A stretch of DNA of 64,000 bases from a virus: positions 1 to 64,000 of the IMG/VR virus record IMGVR_UViG_3300020411_003820; one strand, given 5' to 3'. Positions 9,152 through 18,677 of this stretch are shown piece by piece (position 1 is the first letter of the stretch; each line of letters starts with the position of its first letter). The notes beneath the pieces were generated by a model. It saw only the letters and a list, made by a program, of their open reading frames with translations, was not told the DNA's origin and searched no databases. Made by a program: the position numbers and the translations under genes.

Positions 9152-9962
9152 TATCGTATAATTCCTTTACAAGTTGCTGTGTTTTAAGTACAGTCATAAT
9201 TACTTTTTGTGCGTCCGTTTCGGTTGAATAGCTTTCTAGCAACCCGACTACTTGCTTTGTTTTTTCAACTATTACATCATCGTCGCCCTCAATGGTAGTT
9301 TCAGATTCTTCTAGTTTTGATTTGAGGCGACCGATCTCTTCATTTAAAAATAGTTTAAGTTCTATTGAATTGTCGGCAAATGAAGATATGTATCTTGTCA
9401 ACAATTCTTTTTGCTCACTCAATAAAACATCACTATATTTTTCATTAAATTTTTGTACAAAAGTAGTGTACACAACATTGTCAATCTCTTGATTATTTTC
9501 TGATTCCTCAACAATATTACTCATGTTTTCAATAATTCTATTTTCTAAAATAACTTTTTCTTTTGGAGAGTTTGTATTAAACATCTTGCTAATTGTGGCC
9601 AATGTTTTATAATTTGGGACAAAGTTATTAAATACAGACGGAGATATTGTTTTGTTAACATCATTAATCATGGCAGTTTGTTCTCCAAATAAACCATCTG
9701 GATCGATCATTCTTTTTGCTAATGCTGATTCCTTTAAAATCTTTTCACTAATTTCTTTATCAATACCTTGATTTTCATACAAAGAGCGATAGCACTCAAG
9801 ATCTTTTTTAAGAAACGAATCTGCAGTAAAGTGCTTTTTAATAAGACCTACAACTTTATGACTTTTTTGTTCATCATTTTTCAAAATAGCATATGTTGCT
9901 TCTTTAATTAGAGCCTCGTAAACAAATGCAGTGTTGCGTTTTTTGTTGTGTTTAGCTTTCAT
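9135..9962 (-). CDS. Hypothetical helical protein downstream of portal
   Basis: 275 aa, starts MKAKHNKKRNT, overlaps the portal stop. Confidence 0.75.
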   Translation of the reverse strand: MKAKHNKKRNTAFVYEALIKEATYAILKNDEQKSHKVVGLIKKHFTADSFLKKDLECYRSLYENQGIDKEISEKILKESALAKRMIDPDGLFGEQTAMINDVNKTISPSVFNNFVPNYKTLATISKMFNTNSPKEKVILENRIIENMSNIVEESENNQEIDNVVYTTFVQKFNEKYSDVLLSEQKELLTRYISSFADNSIELKLFLNEEIGRLKSKLEESETTIEGDDDVIVEKTKQVVGLLESYSTETDAQKVIMTVLKTQQLVKELYDNGSES

Positions 9963-11934
9963 CTTTTTGCTCCGTTACCTTTTCTTTAGTCTGCTCAAGA
10001 TCTTCTAGAAGATTCGTGATAGATTTGTTGATTTCCAACATTTTGATCTCTTCTTTTTGCTCTCTCAATGAATAAATAGGCTCATTATCTTGATAAACAC
10101 CTTCAGTGATGCCGCGACCAAGCGATCTAAGCTCTGGATAACCTAGGTTATTGGTCCTCATGGTATTCATTTCGGGAGTTCCTATGCTTGATAAATGTCT
10201 ATTTCTTGCGCCGGCTGGTCTTGAATCTGTGCGTTGTGGGTAATAAACTTTCCCTCTAGCTCCCGGGGTCAGGCGCGGAGCATTTCTAGTTCCTGGTGGT
10301 GCGGCTAAGAGTGCAGATTCATCACCTTCAGGGGGTGTGTCTGCAGCAGCGTCTGGTTGGGCATCACCTTCTCCGCCGGGCGGTAAGCCACCCTCACCAC
10401 CAGCAGCGTCACCTCCTAACCCGCCTAAGTCGCCCCCAAGACCACCGCCTAATCCGCCGGCTTCACCGGCTTGCGCTTCGGCAACTGCTTGGAGAGCAGC
10501 ATCTTGTTTGCGATCGTAGTACATCTCACGCTGACAACGCACAAAGTCTTCGTGCGACAAGTTAAAGATGTGTTCAGATACCCAACGACGAGAGAAATAG
10601 CCTTCTGTGGCGGAGCCTGCAATATCAAATTTATTCTTCCAGTGTTCGAGTTCTTGAAGCTCTGCAATTTTTGATGGATTGTTTAGAGCCAGTTTGAAAT
10701 TAATAAGATCATCTCCACGAAAACCAAGAGTGTAAAGATGAATGATTCCGATCTTTTCGAGTTCATGTATAACTGTCCTTTGTAATCTTTGTACGGTCCG
10801 GGCAAAACGGATATCTTTTTGTGCCAACGTTGTCTTATCTTCCGTTGCGCCTTCACCCATAGACAGATATGACTGGGGAATTTTTAATGCGGAAAAAAGC
10901 TTGTCACGCAAATATTTAATATCATCAATTTCTGTTGTATTTGAGCCTCCAGCCAAGTTTACAATATCTGTAGCAGATCCTTGACGCACAGGAATATAAT
11001 AATCTTCTTCAATTGATAGCGGGTTATATCTAAGATCAACACGACCAGTATCTTTGTTTACGATTGAGTGACGCTTTAATTGGGTGACTATCTTTTGCAT
11101 GTATTGTTCAACATCTTGTGGTGGAATAGCACCGACATCAATCTTAAAGACTCGACGCTCCGAAGATCTAACAACCCTGTAGGCCATCATAGCATCTTCT
11201 GCTAATGTTAGTTGTCTCCATATACGACGAGCAGGTTCTAGAACAGAGGTACCATATGGTGAATACTTATCATTTCCAAGAACCCGAAAATGTGCAACTT
11301 GCCAATTTTCAAATGTCATTCCAGCTGAGTTCCATTGATACTGAATATAGTTTGGGTTTGTTGTATCTAAACCTTCAAGACGTTCAATCTCTTGCAGCGG
11401 TAAAGCTATGGTAGACTGAATCCCTAACTTCTCATCAATATCAAGATATAGCATGAAGTCGCCATACTTACATAAAGTACGGCACCAGCCAAACAAATTG
11501 TATTCAAGGTTTAGCACATTATGATACAGTGTTTCTAAGACAGCTTTTATTTCTTCATTTGAGCATTTGATATTTAACATCGGACGTAATGCCGAAAACG
11601 TTGTCATCTCATCTGCATAAATATCAAGTGACGATGCAATCTCTGGCATATATTCCATCTGGTCAAAATCTACATAGCGTTCGCCTCTTTGTTGGTTACC
11701 AATGGCATTAGCCGCAATTGTATCTAACGGGTTATACGTTTGCTTTTTAAATTGTTGACCCGATGCTGATTTAAAACGTGTCGAAAACTTGTCTAAATGT
11801 TGGCGCCTTATTCGGCGTCCAGATTGAGAACGATAATTTACAATTGGTCCAGAAAAAAGCCTTGTTAATGACTTAAACAAAGTTGATTGATCATTCGCTG
11901 GGTTTTTTCCTTTTCTTGGGTTTTTAGGTGCCAT
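9952..11934 (-). CDS. Portal protein (T4 gp20-like)
   Basis: PEIASSLDIYADE, YGTSVLEPARRIWRQL.L.EDAMMAYR..R..ERRVFKIDVG, EDYYIP, DIKYLRDKLFSALKIP motifs; Gly-rich C-terminal extension. Confidence 0.93.
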   Translation of the reverse strand: MAPKNPRKGKNPANDQSTLFKSLTRLFSGPIVNYRSQSGRRIRRQHLDKFSTRFKSASGQQFKKQTYNPLDTIAANAIGNQQRGERYVDFDQMEYMPEIASSLDIYADEMTTFSALRPMLNIKCSNEEIKAVLETLYHNVLNLEYNLFGWCRTLCKYGDFMLYLDIDEKLGIQSTIALPLQEIERLEGLDTTNPNYIQYQWNSAGMTFENWQVAHFRVLGNDKYSPYGTSVLEPARRIWRQLTLAEDAMMAYRVVRSSERRVFKIDVGAIPPQDVEQYMQKIVTQLKRHSIVNKDTGRVDLRYNPLSIEEDYYIPVRQGSATDIVNLAGGSNTTEIDDIKYLRDKLFSALKIPQSYLSMGEGATEDKTTLAQKDIRFARTVQRLQRTVIHELEKIGIIHLYTLGFRGDDLINFKLALNNPSKIAELQELEHWKNKFDIAGSATEGYFSRRWVSEHIFNLSHEDFVRCQREMYYDRKQDAALQAVAEAQAGEAGGLGGGLGGDLGGLGGDAAGGEGGLPPGGEGDAQPDAAADTPPEGDESALLAAPPGTRNAPRLTPGARGKVYYPQRTDSRPAGARNRHLSSIGTPEMNTMRTNNLGYPELRSLGRGITEGVYQDNEPIYSLREQKEEIKMLEINKSITNLLEDLEQTKEKVTEQKDES

Positions 11935-11942
11935 TTATTTTC

Positions 11943-13532
11943 TCACTTTATAATCCATTTATATTGATTGTATAAACTTTCTGCGTCTGACATTTTATCA
12001 AGAGCGCTGTCTTGTTTATATCCGGTTTGTCCTTTAACTGTTGTATCGAATGTTGTACGAGTTGTTATTATAGCATCCACAAAAGCTTTCTTGTAGTTTA
12101 AATCTCTTTGATTTGTTTGCAAAGCGGTATCCCTAACCCAGCAAGCAATTGCAAGTGCCATAACTAAATCATCGTTGTATCCTTTTAGTGCTTGTGGTTT
12201 TCCGTTTGTCCAAATAAATGTTCTCAATTCATTTGCCAATCGGGACGAATATGTAGTAATTAGTTTGTTTCTTATAAACTCTTCTAATTTAGCAACAACC
12301 AAAGGTCGAGTCTTAGATGAAGTCGTAAAACCGGCAACCGCAGATGTTCTGTGTTCTGCCATGTGTTGCTCGATGTATTCGTGCGTAGACTTAACTGAAT
12401 AGTAAATGTTGGGGTAAGCGTAGTCCACCAATTTATCCAACACAGTATAACCAATACTGTTATTTTCGATAACAACCATAGCATTGCCAAATTCTCGGCC
12501 AATCTGATTTAGCATGTTAGCAAAAAGATCCGGGGTGGGTTTACCCTGATATTCTCCAACTACTTGTAGTGTCTCCAGTTTTATAATATGAAATGTAGAA
12601 TAGTCCGCACCATCTCCCCTCGCAACATCTGCAACTAAAAGATACGAATGTGAAGGATCAAATTCTTCCCAAATCCAAAAGTTTCTATCAAAAGCTGTCC
12701 TATACTTTGGCTCTGCAATGTTAGACATGATCCACTCAAGCGCATCCGGATCTATAACGGTTTCACCAGATGTATTGAAATTACATTCTAACTCTTGAGC
12801 AATTTGGCGACGTGACATGTTTCTGGTTTCTTTATTGAACCATTCTTGATCACGCTCGGGATGAACGTCCCACATTAACGTTGTAAGTTTAAAATTATTT
12901 TCTTTTGTCTCGGCACCAACACATGTTTTATGAAACCAATTACCAACGCCATTTGGTGTAGAAATAGCGATACAGCGCCCACCAGTCGACAATGTTGGGT
13001 ACAGCCCTGTCCACAACTCTTCTAAGCCATCAATGTGCGCGGCCTCATCCAACACCAACAAAGATAGCGCTTCGGAACGTCCAGCGTCACCGGATGTTGA
13101 TGCAGCTTTAATCGTAGAGCCGTTAGACAACTCAAATGATGTCCTATTATCAGTTGATATAGAAGCAATACGAATCCAGTCTGGAAGATTCTTCATGATG
13201 CTCTTAACCTTTCTGACAAGGTTGCCTGCAGTTTCAAACTTAGTAGCCATGACAAGTATTGACTTGTCGCGATGGAACAACATCATCCATACAATATAGC
13301 CAGCGGTTAAGGTAGAGATACCAAGCTGACGGCCTTTATTAATCACGTTAAATCGATAATCATTGAAATCACTTAATAAGTCATCTTGATAGTCAAAGGT
13401 ATTAAAAAGAATTAACCCATGCATTGGATGAGATATGCGAGCATAAGTTTTAAGAAAATACGATGGATCTTTTCCGCACTTAACTACTTCTTTTAATATC
13501 TCTTTCTTGGTAAGTTTAAAAGCCATGCTCAC
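11943..13532 (-). CDS. terL: Terminase large subunit (T4 gp17-like)
   Basis: KGRQLGIS Walker A, LLVLDEAA Walker B, STPNG coupling motif, nuclease ADVARG...DDLVMA. Confidence 0.93.
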   Translation of the reverse strand: MSMAFKLTKKEILKEVVKCGKDPSYFLKTYARISHPMHGLILFNTFDYQDDLLSDFNDYRFNVINKGRQLGISTLTAGYIVWMMLFHRDKSILVMATKFETAGNLVRKVKSIMKNLPDWIRIASISTDNRTSFELSNGSTIKAASTSGDAGRSEALSLLVLDEAAHIDGLEELWTGLYPTLSTGGRCIAISTPNGVGNWFHKTCVGAETKENNFKLTTLMWDVHPERDQEWFNKETRNMSRRQIAQELECNFNTSGETVIDPDALEWIMSNIAEPKYRTAFDRNFWIWEEFDPSHSYLLVADVARGDGADYSTFHIIKLETLQVVGEYQGKPTPDLFANMLNQIGREFGNAMVVIENNSIGYTVLDKLVDYAYPNIYYSVKSTHEYIEQHMAEHRTSAVAGFTTSSKTRPLVVAKLEEFIRNKLITTYSSRLANELRTFIWTNGKPQALKGYNDDLVMALAIACWVRDTALQTNQRDLNYKKAFVDAIITTRTTFDTTVKGQTGYKQDSALDKMSDAESLYNQYKWIIK

Positions 13533-14001
13533 TCAGAATTTTAAGAATCATTTCTCTAATTGCCTTCCTGCGGGGATCTCCGGGCGAGAGTATAACTGGG
13601 CGATCAGGATCGGGACCTTCTTCATCTGGGCAGTCTGCCGGCATGTACTGTGGATAGTTTTGTGACACAATGTTGTTAATAACCTCCATTGCTTCTTGTG
13701 GGGGCAATTCACCTAAAAGGTTGGCAATCTGCGTTTCAATATCCACTTCTTCTTCGTCAGGAAAGGGCATTGTTTCCAAACTAGATAATGGCCGCGGCTT
13801 CATTGGCTTTGGCATTGAAGCAGTATCGCCGCCGCGTCCATCTTCTGGAGGTCGGCATCTCTCAGGATATTGCTCGCAGTATTTTTTATCGCCCAATATG
13901 CGTCTTAAAAGATCTTGCGCTGCAGGAGTTTCAGTGAGTCCTTCTTCTTTGATGTATTCTTCTATAATAATTCTATAGATTCGATCACGTGAGAGTTCCA
14001 T
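13516..14001 (-). CDS. Leader-bearing hypothetical protein (probable start 14001)
   Basis: MELSRDRIYRIIIEEYIKEEGLTE after a GGAG RBS; the track start 14154 overlaps the upstream gene. Confidence 0.7.
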   Translation of the reverse strand: MELSRDRIYRIIIEEYIKEEGLTETPAAQDLLRRILGDKKYCEQYPERCRPPEDGRGGDTASMPKPMKPRPLSSLETMPFPDEEEVDIETQIANLLGELPPQEAMEVINNIVSQNYPQYMPADCPDEEGPDPDRPVILSPGDPRRKAIREMILKILSEHGF

Positions 14002-14002
14002 C

Positions 14003-14557
14003 TTACTCTCCAGAATTTTTAGGTCGAGAGTCGTTGTCTGGGCGGGTGCCACCAGAGCCATTCCATCCACCTTGTTCAAGAAACTTTCTAAATTTGTCAT
14101 CCATTGTGTCTGAAGATGGTTCATTGATCGATTCAGACTCTGTGATGCCTCCAATTTTATAATGCATCTTGGCAGTAACCCACGTGCGCACTCTTGAAGA
14201 ATTTTCTACAAAAATATCAGATTCGCCTTGTGGTGTAAGAGTCACTGATTTTCCGGTAATTTTCTTATACTCTTTCTTTAAAAACGAAGCAATATCAGAA
14301 AGCCGTTGTTCTACTTCGGATTCAAAGCCGTTAGCATAAACTTCTCTAAGTTGCAATTCAGAATGATAACCAAGGCACATCATATTGCCATAAAAACTAA
14401 CATTGAATCCGTCCATAACTCTCTTGTCAATAAGTGGTCGACCCTCTTCTCTTTTGAGTCCTGCTTCGACTGCTTCTCCGTCTTCGTTCAAAGCCCCGTC
14501 GTATGCGTTAGCTGCGGCTTGCGACAAGCCTTGTATAATTTCGTAAACAGTCGCCAT
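14003..14557 (-). CDS. Hypothetical protein
   Basis: 184 aa; AGGAG RBS; ACTATTTA at 14587-14594. Confidence 0.75.
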   Translation of the reverse strand: MATVYEIIQGLSQAAANAYDGALNEDGEAVEAGLKREEGRPLIDKRVMDGFNVSFYGNMMCLGYHSELQLREVYANGFESEVEQRLSDIASFLKKEYKKITGKSVTLTPQGESDIFVENSSRVRTWVTAKMHYKIGGITESESINEPSSDTMDDKFRKFLEQGGWNGSGGTRPDNDSRPKNSGE

Positions 14558-14883
14558 TAGTGATCTCCTTTCATCTTGTTGTACTGTAAATAGTGTTTGA
14601 CCGAGGAAAGGTAATCCGCGGCTTTGGTGATTTTAGCTTGCACCCAAGCTTCTAATTCTTCTCCGTCGTGAATCATGTGCTCAAGTTCTGCAGCGTATTC
14701 TGACGCACGATGTAATTGTGACTTGGCCATATCTGATTCATCATGAGAATGATGGTGTTGCATGGGTAAATCATGATGTATCTGTGGCTCTTGAGTATCC
14801 ATATGCATAGGTTCGCCACAGCTAGCTTCATGCTGCAATGCTTCTAAAATCGCTTGTTTTATATCATTTTTCGTTATCTTCAT
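14557..14883 (-). CDS. Leader-bearing small helical protein
   Basis: MKITKNDIKQAILEAL leader, His-rich linker, MAKSQL...LEAWVQAKITKAADYL domain. Confidence 0.75.
   Translation of the reverse strand: MKITKNDIKQAILEALQHEASCGEPMHMDTQEPQIHHDLPMQHHHSHDESDMAKSQLHRASEYAAELEHMIHDGEELEAWVQAKITKAADYLSSVKHYLQYNKMKGDH
14587..14594 (-). promoter_or_regulatory. Putative late promoter ACTATTTA embedded in a gene 3' end
   Basis: 29 nt before the ATG at 14557. Confidence 0.55.
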
Positions 14884-15259
14884 TTGGGCGCCATCCTTTT
14901 AACCATCGCTCTTCTCGTTGCTCTACATATTTAAAGTAACATTTTTCGCAACATTCAAATTTAACCATGCAAACATTGTCCATAGATTTTTTGGGGTAAG
15001 CCCCGCAAATTGGGCAAGATTTCAATGGCTCTCTATTAAGTAGTTTTTTTGATACTTTAATGCCATTTACATCTACTTTCTCTTGTGAATGTTCAATATT
15101 GCGATTTTTCTCATACAAATCTTTCATTTGTTGAAGGTATTCTTTTTCTTTGTTCTCATCCCAATTTGCTTTAGGATTAACAATAGTTTCTTCGCCATAC
15201 TTTTCAGATATTGCTCTTTCTATAGCAGCGATTTGATCGTAGTTTTTATTGTTTGACAT
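14864..15259 (-). CDS. Hypothetical protein with C-terminal zinc-finger-like Cys cluster
   Basis: CPIC...CCEKC; ends RWLKGWRP. Confidence 0.7.
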   Translation of the reverse strand: MSNNKNYDQIAAIERAISEKYGEETIVNPKANWDENKEKEYLQQMKDLYEKNRNIEHSQEKVDVNGIKVSKKLLNREPLKSCPICGAYPKKSMDNVCMVKFECCEKCYFKYVEQREERWLKGWRPNEDNEK

Positions 15260-15260
15260 A

Positions 15261-15500
15261 TTAATTTCCCTGCCGCGGATCGCCTATAGGTTGTTTGGGG
15301 TGTTGTGTGCCATATGTAGCGTTTCCGCCAATTCTAATATCATTTGCATCTATGTGCTTGACCTGTCCGGTTTCGTACAATTGCACAACCCAGCAAGTGT
15401 TCCAATCGTGTCCGTAATCAATCATAAATAAAGCCCAACCATCCCCAAGTGGTGTTCGAACGCTTATAGGCGGTGTCAATCTAATTATTGTCGTGCTCAT
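15261..15500 (-). CDS. Small hypothetical phage protein (probable start 15500)
   Basis: MSTTIIRLTPPISVRTPLGDGWALFMIDYG...; fills the gap between coupled genes. Confidence 0.6.
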   Translation of the reverse strand: MSTTIIRLTPPISVRTPLGDGWALFMIDYGHDWNTCWVVQLYETGQVKHIDANDIRIGGNATYGTQHPKQPIGDPRQGN

Positions 15501-15912
15501 TAAAACTCTTATATGCGCCATACGTCAGCGCGGTACCTGCTACGACGCCGCCGGCAAACCAAAGCCATTTATATCTTGGTGATGTTTTGCGTAGAGAATT
15601 GGCAAGCGCCTTTATTTCTTTATCTTTCTGCATTATAAACAAATCGTACTCATCTGTTAAGGCTTTGTGCTCGATTTTTAAATTTTCTAACTTAAATTCG
15701 TATTCTTCTCTTAAGATTTTTAACTGGTAGTCGGTTTTAATTTCACAAGAATACATCGCGATGTCATATTGACTCAGTACATCGGCCATGGCGTTTTCAT
15801 CAAACAAAACTCCCGCGAATGGTGCGGGGGCTTTATATTCCAGTATTGTAAATTTTGATGGTTCAGTAGCGTGCGCGCTCATTGTAAGTATAAAGAGAAG
15901 TTTAAGGAACAT
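15481..15912 (-). CDS. Envelope coiled-coil protein, possible spanin component
   Basis: Signal peptide MFLKLLFILTMSAHA, coiled coil, C-terminal TM WLWFAGGVVAGTALTYG; overlaps the 3' end of the upstream gene. Confidence 0.5.
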   Translation of the reverse strand: MFLKLLFILTMSAHATEPSKFTILEYKAPAPFAGVLFDENAMADVLSQYDIAMYSCEIKTDYQLKILREEYEFKLENLKIEHKALTDEYDLFIMQKDKEIKALANSLRKTSPRYKWLWFAGGVVAGTALTYGAYKSFNEHDNN

Positions 15913-16285
15913 ACTCGATCCCAAATTTAGTTTCTATATCTTTAATAAGCTGTTCACGTTCAGAGTTAAACTTATTTCTATATTTGCCTTTTTTATCTTC
16001 CCTCAACTCATCAATCATATCCAGAGCATCTTCATAATCCTCTTCGATTGCTGCAATTGACTCTAAATGACTTTCCATAAGTTTTTGTTTTTCGCGCAAC
16101 TCTTTTTTGTGAATTTCTTTCAAGCCCTCAATTTGTGCCTGTATTGATTCAGATTGTGTCTCATATGCCTTCTGCATAAGATGGTAATCATATCTGCTTT
16201 TAAGTGCCACAACAGCAGAAAGCAACACTATCAGTATTGCTTTCCAATTTTTAAGAGCAAAATTAAGCATTTTTGCCTTAACCAT
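15902..16285 (-). CDS. Inner-membrane spanin-like protein
   Basis: N-terminal TM (WKAILIVLLSAVVAL) plus coiled coil, next to a holin-like gene. Confidence 0.5.
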   Translation of the reverse strand: MVKAKMLNFALKNWKAILIVLLSAVVALKSRYDYHLMQKAYETQSESIQAQIEGLKEIHKKELREKQKLMESHLESIAAIEEDYEDALDMIDELREDKKGKYRNKFNSEREQLIKDIETKFGIEYVP

Positions 16286-16478
16286 TATAACCTCTTAATT
16301 TAGCAATACCATCGATAACCGTCTGCCCACCAATATATATAGCTGATATAACTACCCAATCTTCGCTAGTTACGTGACCAGCTAACGTGAGACCAGTAGC
16401 TGTTAACCAGACCATCAACTTCCTTGATGTTAGTTTAGCTAACCACGTGTCCAGAAATGCTGTTGCCTTTGCCATCAT
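16278..16478 (-). CDS. Putative holin
   Basis: 66 aa, two hydrophobic segments, SRKL...AIYIGGQTVID pattern typical of small phage holins. Confidence 0.6.
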   Translation of the reverse strand: MMAKATAFLDTWLAKLTSRKLMVWLTATGLTLAGHVTSEDWVVISAIYIGGQTVIDGIAKLRGYNG

Positions 16479-16834
16479 TTATCACCTCTTAAATAATTAA
16501 TCCACGCATAAGGTTTGCGCTCTTTTAAATAGTTTGGATTTTCATCATTAGCATATGCTTCGCGCTCAAAGGGGTTTTCATAATATGCTGTTTGTCCATC
16601 TCTATACTTGACAAGGCCGATAACATAAAACAAACCATAAAGAATCCATTGGACAACCATTAATAGTTCTCTTTGTTGTAAATAATGGATAGTCTCATGT
16701 CTCTTTGTTCTATCACTCATTTCGCCACGACACCAAACCCAAAAAGCGAACGAATTAGCCCACACGTTAATAGGTGTAACTTTTGATAATAAGGTCGGAA
16801 CTCTGCTGTTTTCGTAGAATATTGGAAACTTCAT
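16475..16834 (-). CDS. HExxH zinc-metallopeptidase-like protein
   Basis: RHETIHYLQQ...NPFEREAY motif. Confidence 0.65.
   Translation of the reverse strand: MKFPIFYENSRVPTLLSKVTPINVWANSFAFWVWCRGEMSDRTKRHETIHYLQQRELLMVVQWILYGLFYVIGLVKYRDGQTAYYENPFEREAYANDENPNYLKERKPYAWINYLRGDK
16526..16533 (-). promoter_or_regulatory. Putative late promoter ACTATTTA upstream of the holin
   Basis: 47 nt before the ATG at 16478, inside the upstream CDS. Confidence 0.5.
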
Positions 16835-17007
16835 TTTGGTTTGCCTAATACTTTATTCAATTCATCTTTTATAATCTCTTCAACAGAATAAAGTTTTTTT
16901 AAATACTTTTTAGCTTTTGCAACGGTTTTAGAGCAACCTTTTTTTTTGCCTTGAGAGCCATCGCGCTTTTTTTTATAAACGCATTTTCCAACACGCTTAT
17001 AAGGCAT
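16831..17007 (-). CDS. Small Lys-rich protein, 58 aa (absent from the ORF track)
   Basis: MPYKRVGKCVYKKKRDGSQGKKKGCSKTVAKAKKYLKKLYSVEEIIKDELNKVLGKPK; abuts the upstream stop and has an ATGA overlap with the downstream gene. Confidence 0.75.
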   Translation of the reverse strand: MPYKRVGKCVYKKKRDGSQGKKKGCSKTVAKAKKYLKKLYSVEEIIKDELNKVLGKPK

Positions 17008-17292
17008 CTAGCTAAGCCTCACTAAGTTCGGAGCCATGTCAGGTCGTGCTTTTTTAAATTCGTCGATTGATGCTCTTATAGAATCAGGATCGGCAGGCCC
17101 ATCGTACCATTCAGTAAATGCTGCAGCCATATCATACCTGACAATCCACTTTCTTGCAATACCAGCGTCGATACATATTTCAGTAAAGATGGCAGCGACA
17201 GCTTCAACATCAACTTCTTCTACCTCGACAAGTGTAGGGGCAGTCGAAGTTTTGATAACTAATTTATTCCAAAGTGTTTTAATCCAATTCAT
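17008..17292 (-). CDS. Hypothetical protein
   Basis: 94 aa; ATGA overlap with the upstream gene. Confidence 0.65.
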   Translation of the reverse strand: MNWIKTLWNKLVIKTSTAPTLVEVEEVDVEAVAAIFTEICIDAGIARKWIVRYDMAAAFTEWYDGPADPDSIRASIDEFKKARPDMAPNLVRLS

Positions 17293-18020
17293 TCTTTAAA
17301 AGCCCCTTTAATTTTGTCAAGCATTCCTTTCGGTTTTGATTGTGTAAGGTGAGGGTGTTGCGAATCGCACTTTCTAGCTATAAACACCTCTTTTGAATTT
17401 TCAGGCTTGTAGTTTCCGGACGCACCTAATAAATTTTTACACGCCCTCTCAGTAGGATAGTACGTTTGGCATTTTATAACTAGCGCCAACTCTTCCTTAG
17501 ATTCAGGCTTGTAGGTTCCACGTGGGGTGACTAATCTATTGCACACATCCGGGCCTGGATCGTTAGGATCAAGTGCTTCTTTTTTGAGATCGCCAAGGGG
17601 CTCAGCATATTTAAAAGGTTCTTGATCATCATCATCACCAAAGTCATACATAGTCTTTGTATCCACATCCATCGTGTTCGAAACTTTGCCACCAGTTTCA
17701 AAATCAAAAGTGCCTTTCATTCCAGGACCCATACTTCCTGCATCTGCCGGCATCTCAGTCGTGTCTGGGCTGGTTGCGGGCGAAACATCAGCAGAAGTAT
17801 TTACCGCTCCAATACCTGATGCAATGGCAGCAACTAATGCGACAGGAACACCAAACTTCTTAGCGATAGCTTTCATGGTGTTCTCGCTGATAACGTGGCC
17901 GTTAGCTATCTCTTGTTCAAGCAATGTTTTAATGCTTTGTTTTTGATTTTCGGTAAGTTCAATCTTTTCGTCCATGAAATAACGAGGGTCAATTCTTCTT
18001 GTGTTTTTACGTCTAGCCAT
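17289..18020 (-). CDS. Putative capsid-cargo protein with internal signal peptide and two Cys-pair repeats
   Basis: AGGAG RBS; LTE/LLE/ISE sites, then MKAIAKKFGVPVALVAAIASGIGAVNTSA; 2x C...G.YKPE...E.....KC. Confidence 0.7.
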   Translation of the reverse strand: MARRKNTRRIDPRYFMDEKIELTENQKQSIKTLLEQEIANGHVISENTMKAIAKKFGVPVALVAAIASGIGAVNTSADVSPATSPDTTEMPADAGSMGPGMKGTFDFETGGKVSNTMDVDTKTMYDFGDDDDQEPFKYAEPLGDLKKEALDPNDPGPDVCNRLVTPRGTYKPESKEELALVIKCQTYYPTERACKNLLGASGNYKPENSKEVFIARKCDSQHPHLTQSKPKGMLDKIKGAFKE

Positions 18021-18022
18021 TA

Positions 18023-18058
18023 TTTTGTACTCCTGTATATTTGGTTAAATAGTTGTTG
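18023..18058 (-). repeat. Repeat R2 copy A (promoter + RBS module)
   Basis: CAACAACTATTTAACCAAATATACAGGAGTACAAAA; 33/36 identical to 18677-18712. Confidence 0.9.
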
Positions 18059-18061
18059 GTT

Positions 18062-18439
18062 TCATGTTGTTAAACCATATTCGATAGCGCGGCGTTCGGG
18101 AGGCATATTCGAAGCCTCATCTAAATCAAACATAACCAGATCAGGGCGATCGCCATCAATAAAATGATTAAATAATTTTAAAAACTCAGGAAAGTCATCC
18201 CATTCCGATATTGCCACAACATCCTGTTCAGAATTTTGCTGGATTGCTTGAATTTTCGTTGAATCGTCGCCCGGCTTAGTAATATCTTCAATGTACATCT
18301 GGACATCGCGTCCTTGAAATTTAGGGCTGTTGGTTATGTCTTCAAGTTTCTGATTTACCTTGTCAATCATCGCAGCAAAATTTAAATCTTCTTCTTCTTC
18401 TTTTATATGCTTTCGCCAATTTTCAAATATTAGTTTCAT
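18062..18439 (-). CDS. FENWRK-leader cargo protein
   Basis: MKLIFENWRKHIKEEE followed by an acidic domain of unknown family. Confidence 0.75.
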   Translation of the reverse strand: MKLIFENWRKHIKEEEEDLNFAAMIDKVNQKLEDITNSPKFQGRDVQMYIEDITKPGDDSTKIQAIQQNSEQDVVAISEWDDFPEFLKLFNHFIDGDRPDLVMFDLDEASNMPPERRAIEYGLTT

Positions 18440-18442
18440 GTT
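18410..18442 (-). repeat. Repeat R1 copy 3
   Basis: AACATGAAACTAATATTTGAAAATTGGCGAAAG; 32/33 identical to 19998-20030. Confidence 0.9.
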
Positions 18443-18677
18443 ATTGTCCTGCTCTCTTCATCGCGTCAGCAATGCGTAAAGATGAATTTTCAACAACCTT
18501 AATAACAGACTGCGGAATCTCTCCCATTTCAAAAAGATTCTCATTTTCCAAATGACCAATGATAGCGTCACGGATAGTTCTAGAAAGAGACAGCCGATCC
18601 GTGAAAGCATCAGCTTGTGGCAGCTCTTCCAGCTCTTCTTTAATAATCTGTTTAAGTTGTTGCTTTGTAATCTTCAT
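18441..18677 (-). CDS. MKIT-leader small protein
   Basis: MKITKQQLKQIIKEELEE. Confidence 0.75.
   Translation of the reverse strand: MKITKQQLKQIIKEELEELPQADAFTDRLSLSRTIRDAIIGHLENENLFEMGEIPQSVIKVVENSSLRIADAMKRAGQ

Noticed and set aside
5264-9962. Major capsid protein or scaffold next to the protease
   Set aside because: No ORF shows gp23/HK97-type motifs; it is presumably encoded outside the window.
11943-13532. Intein, intron or homing endonuclease in terminase or portal
   Set aside because: Lengths are normal and motifs contiguous; no splicing or LAGLIDADG/HNH signatures.
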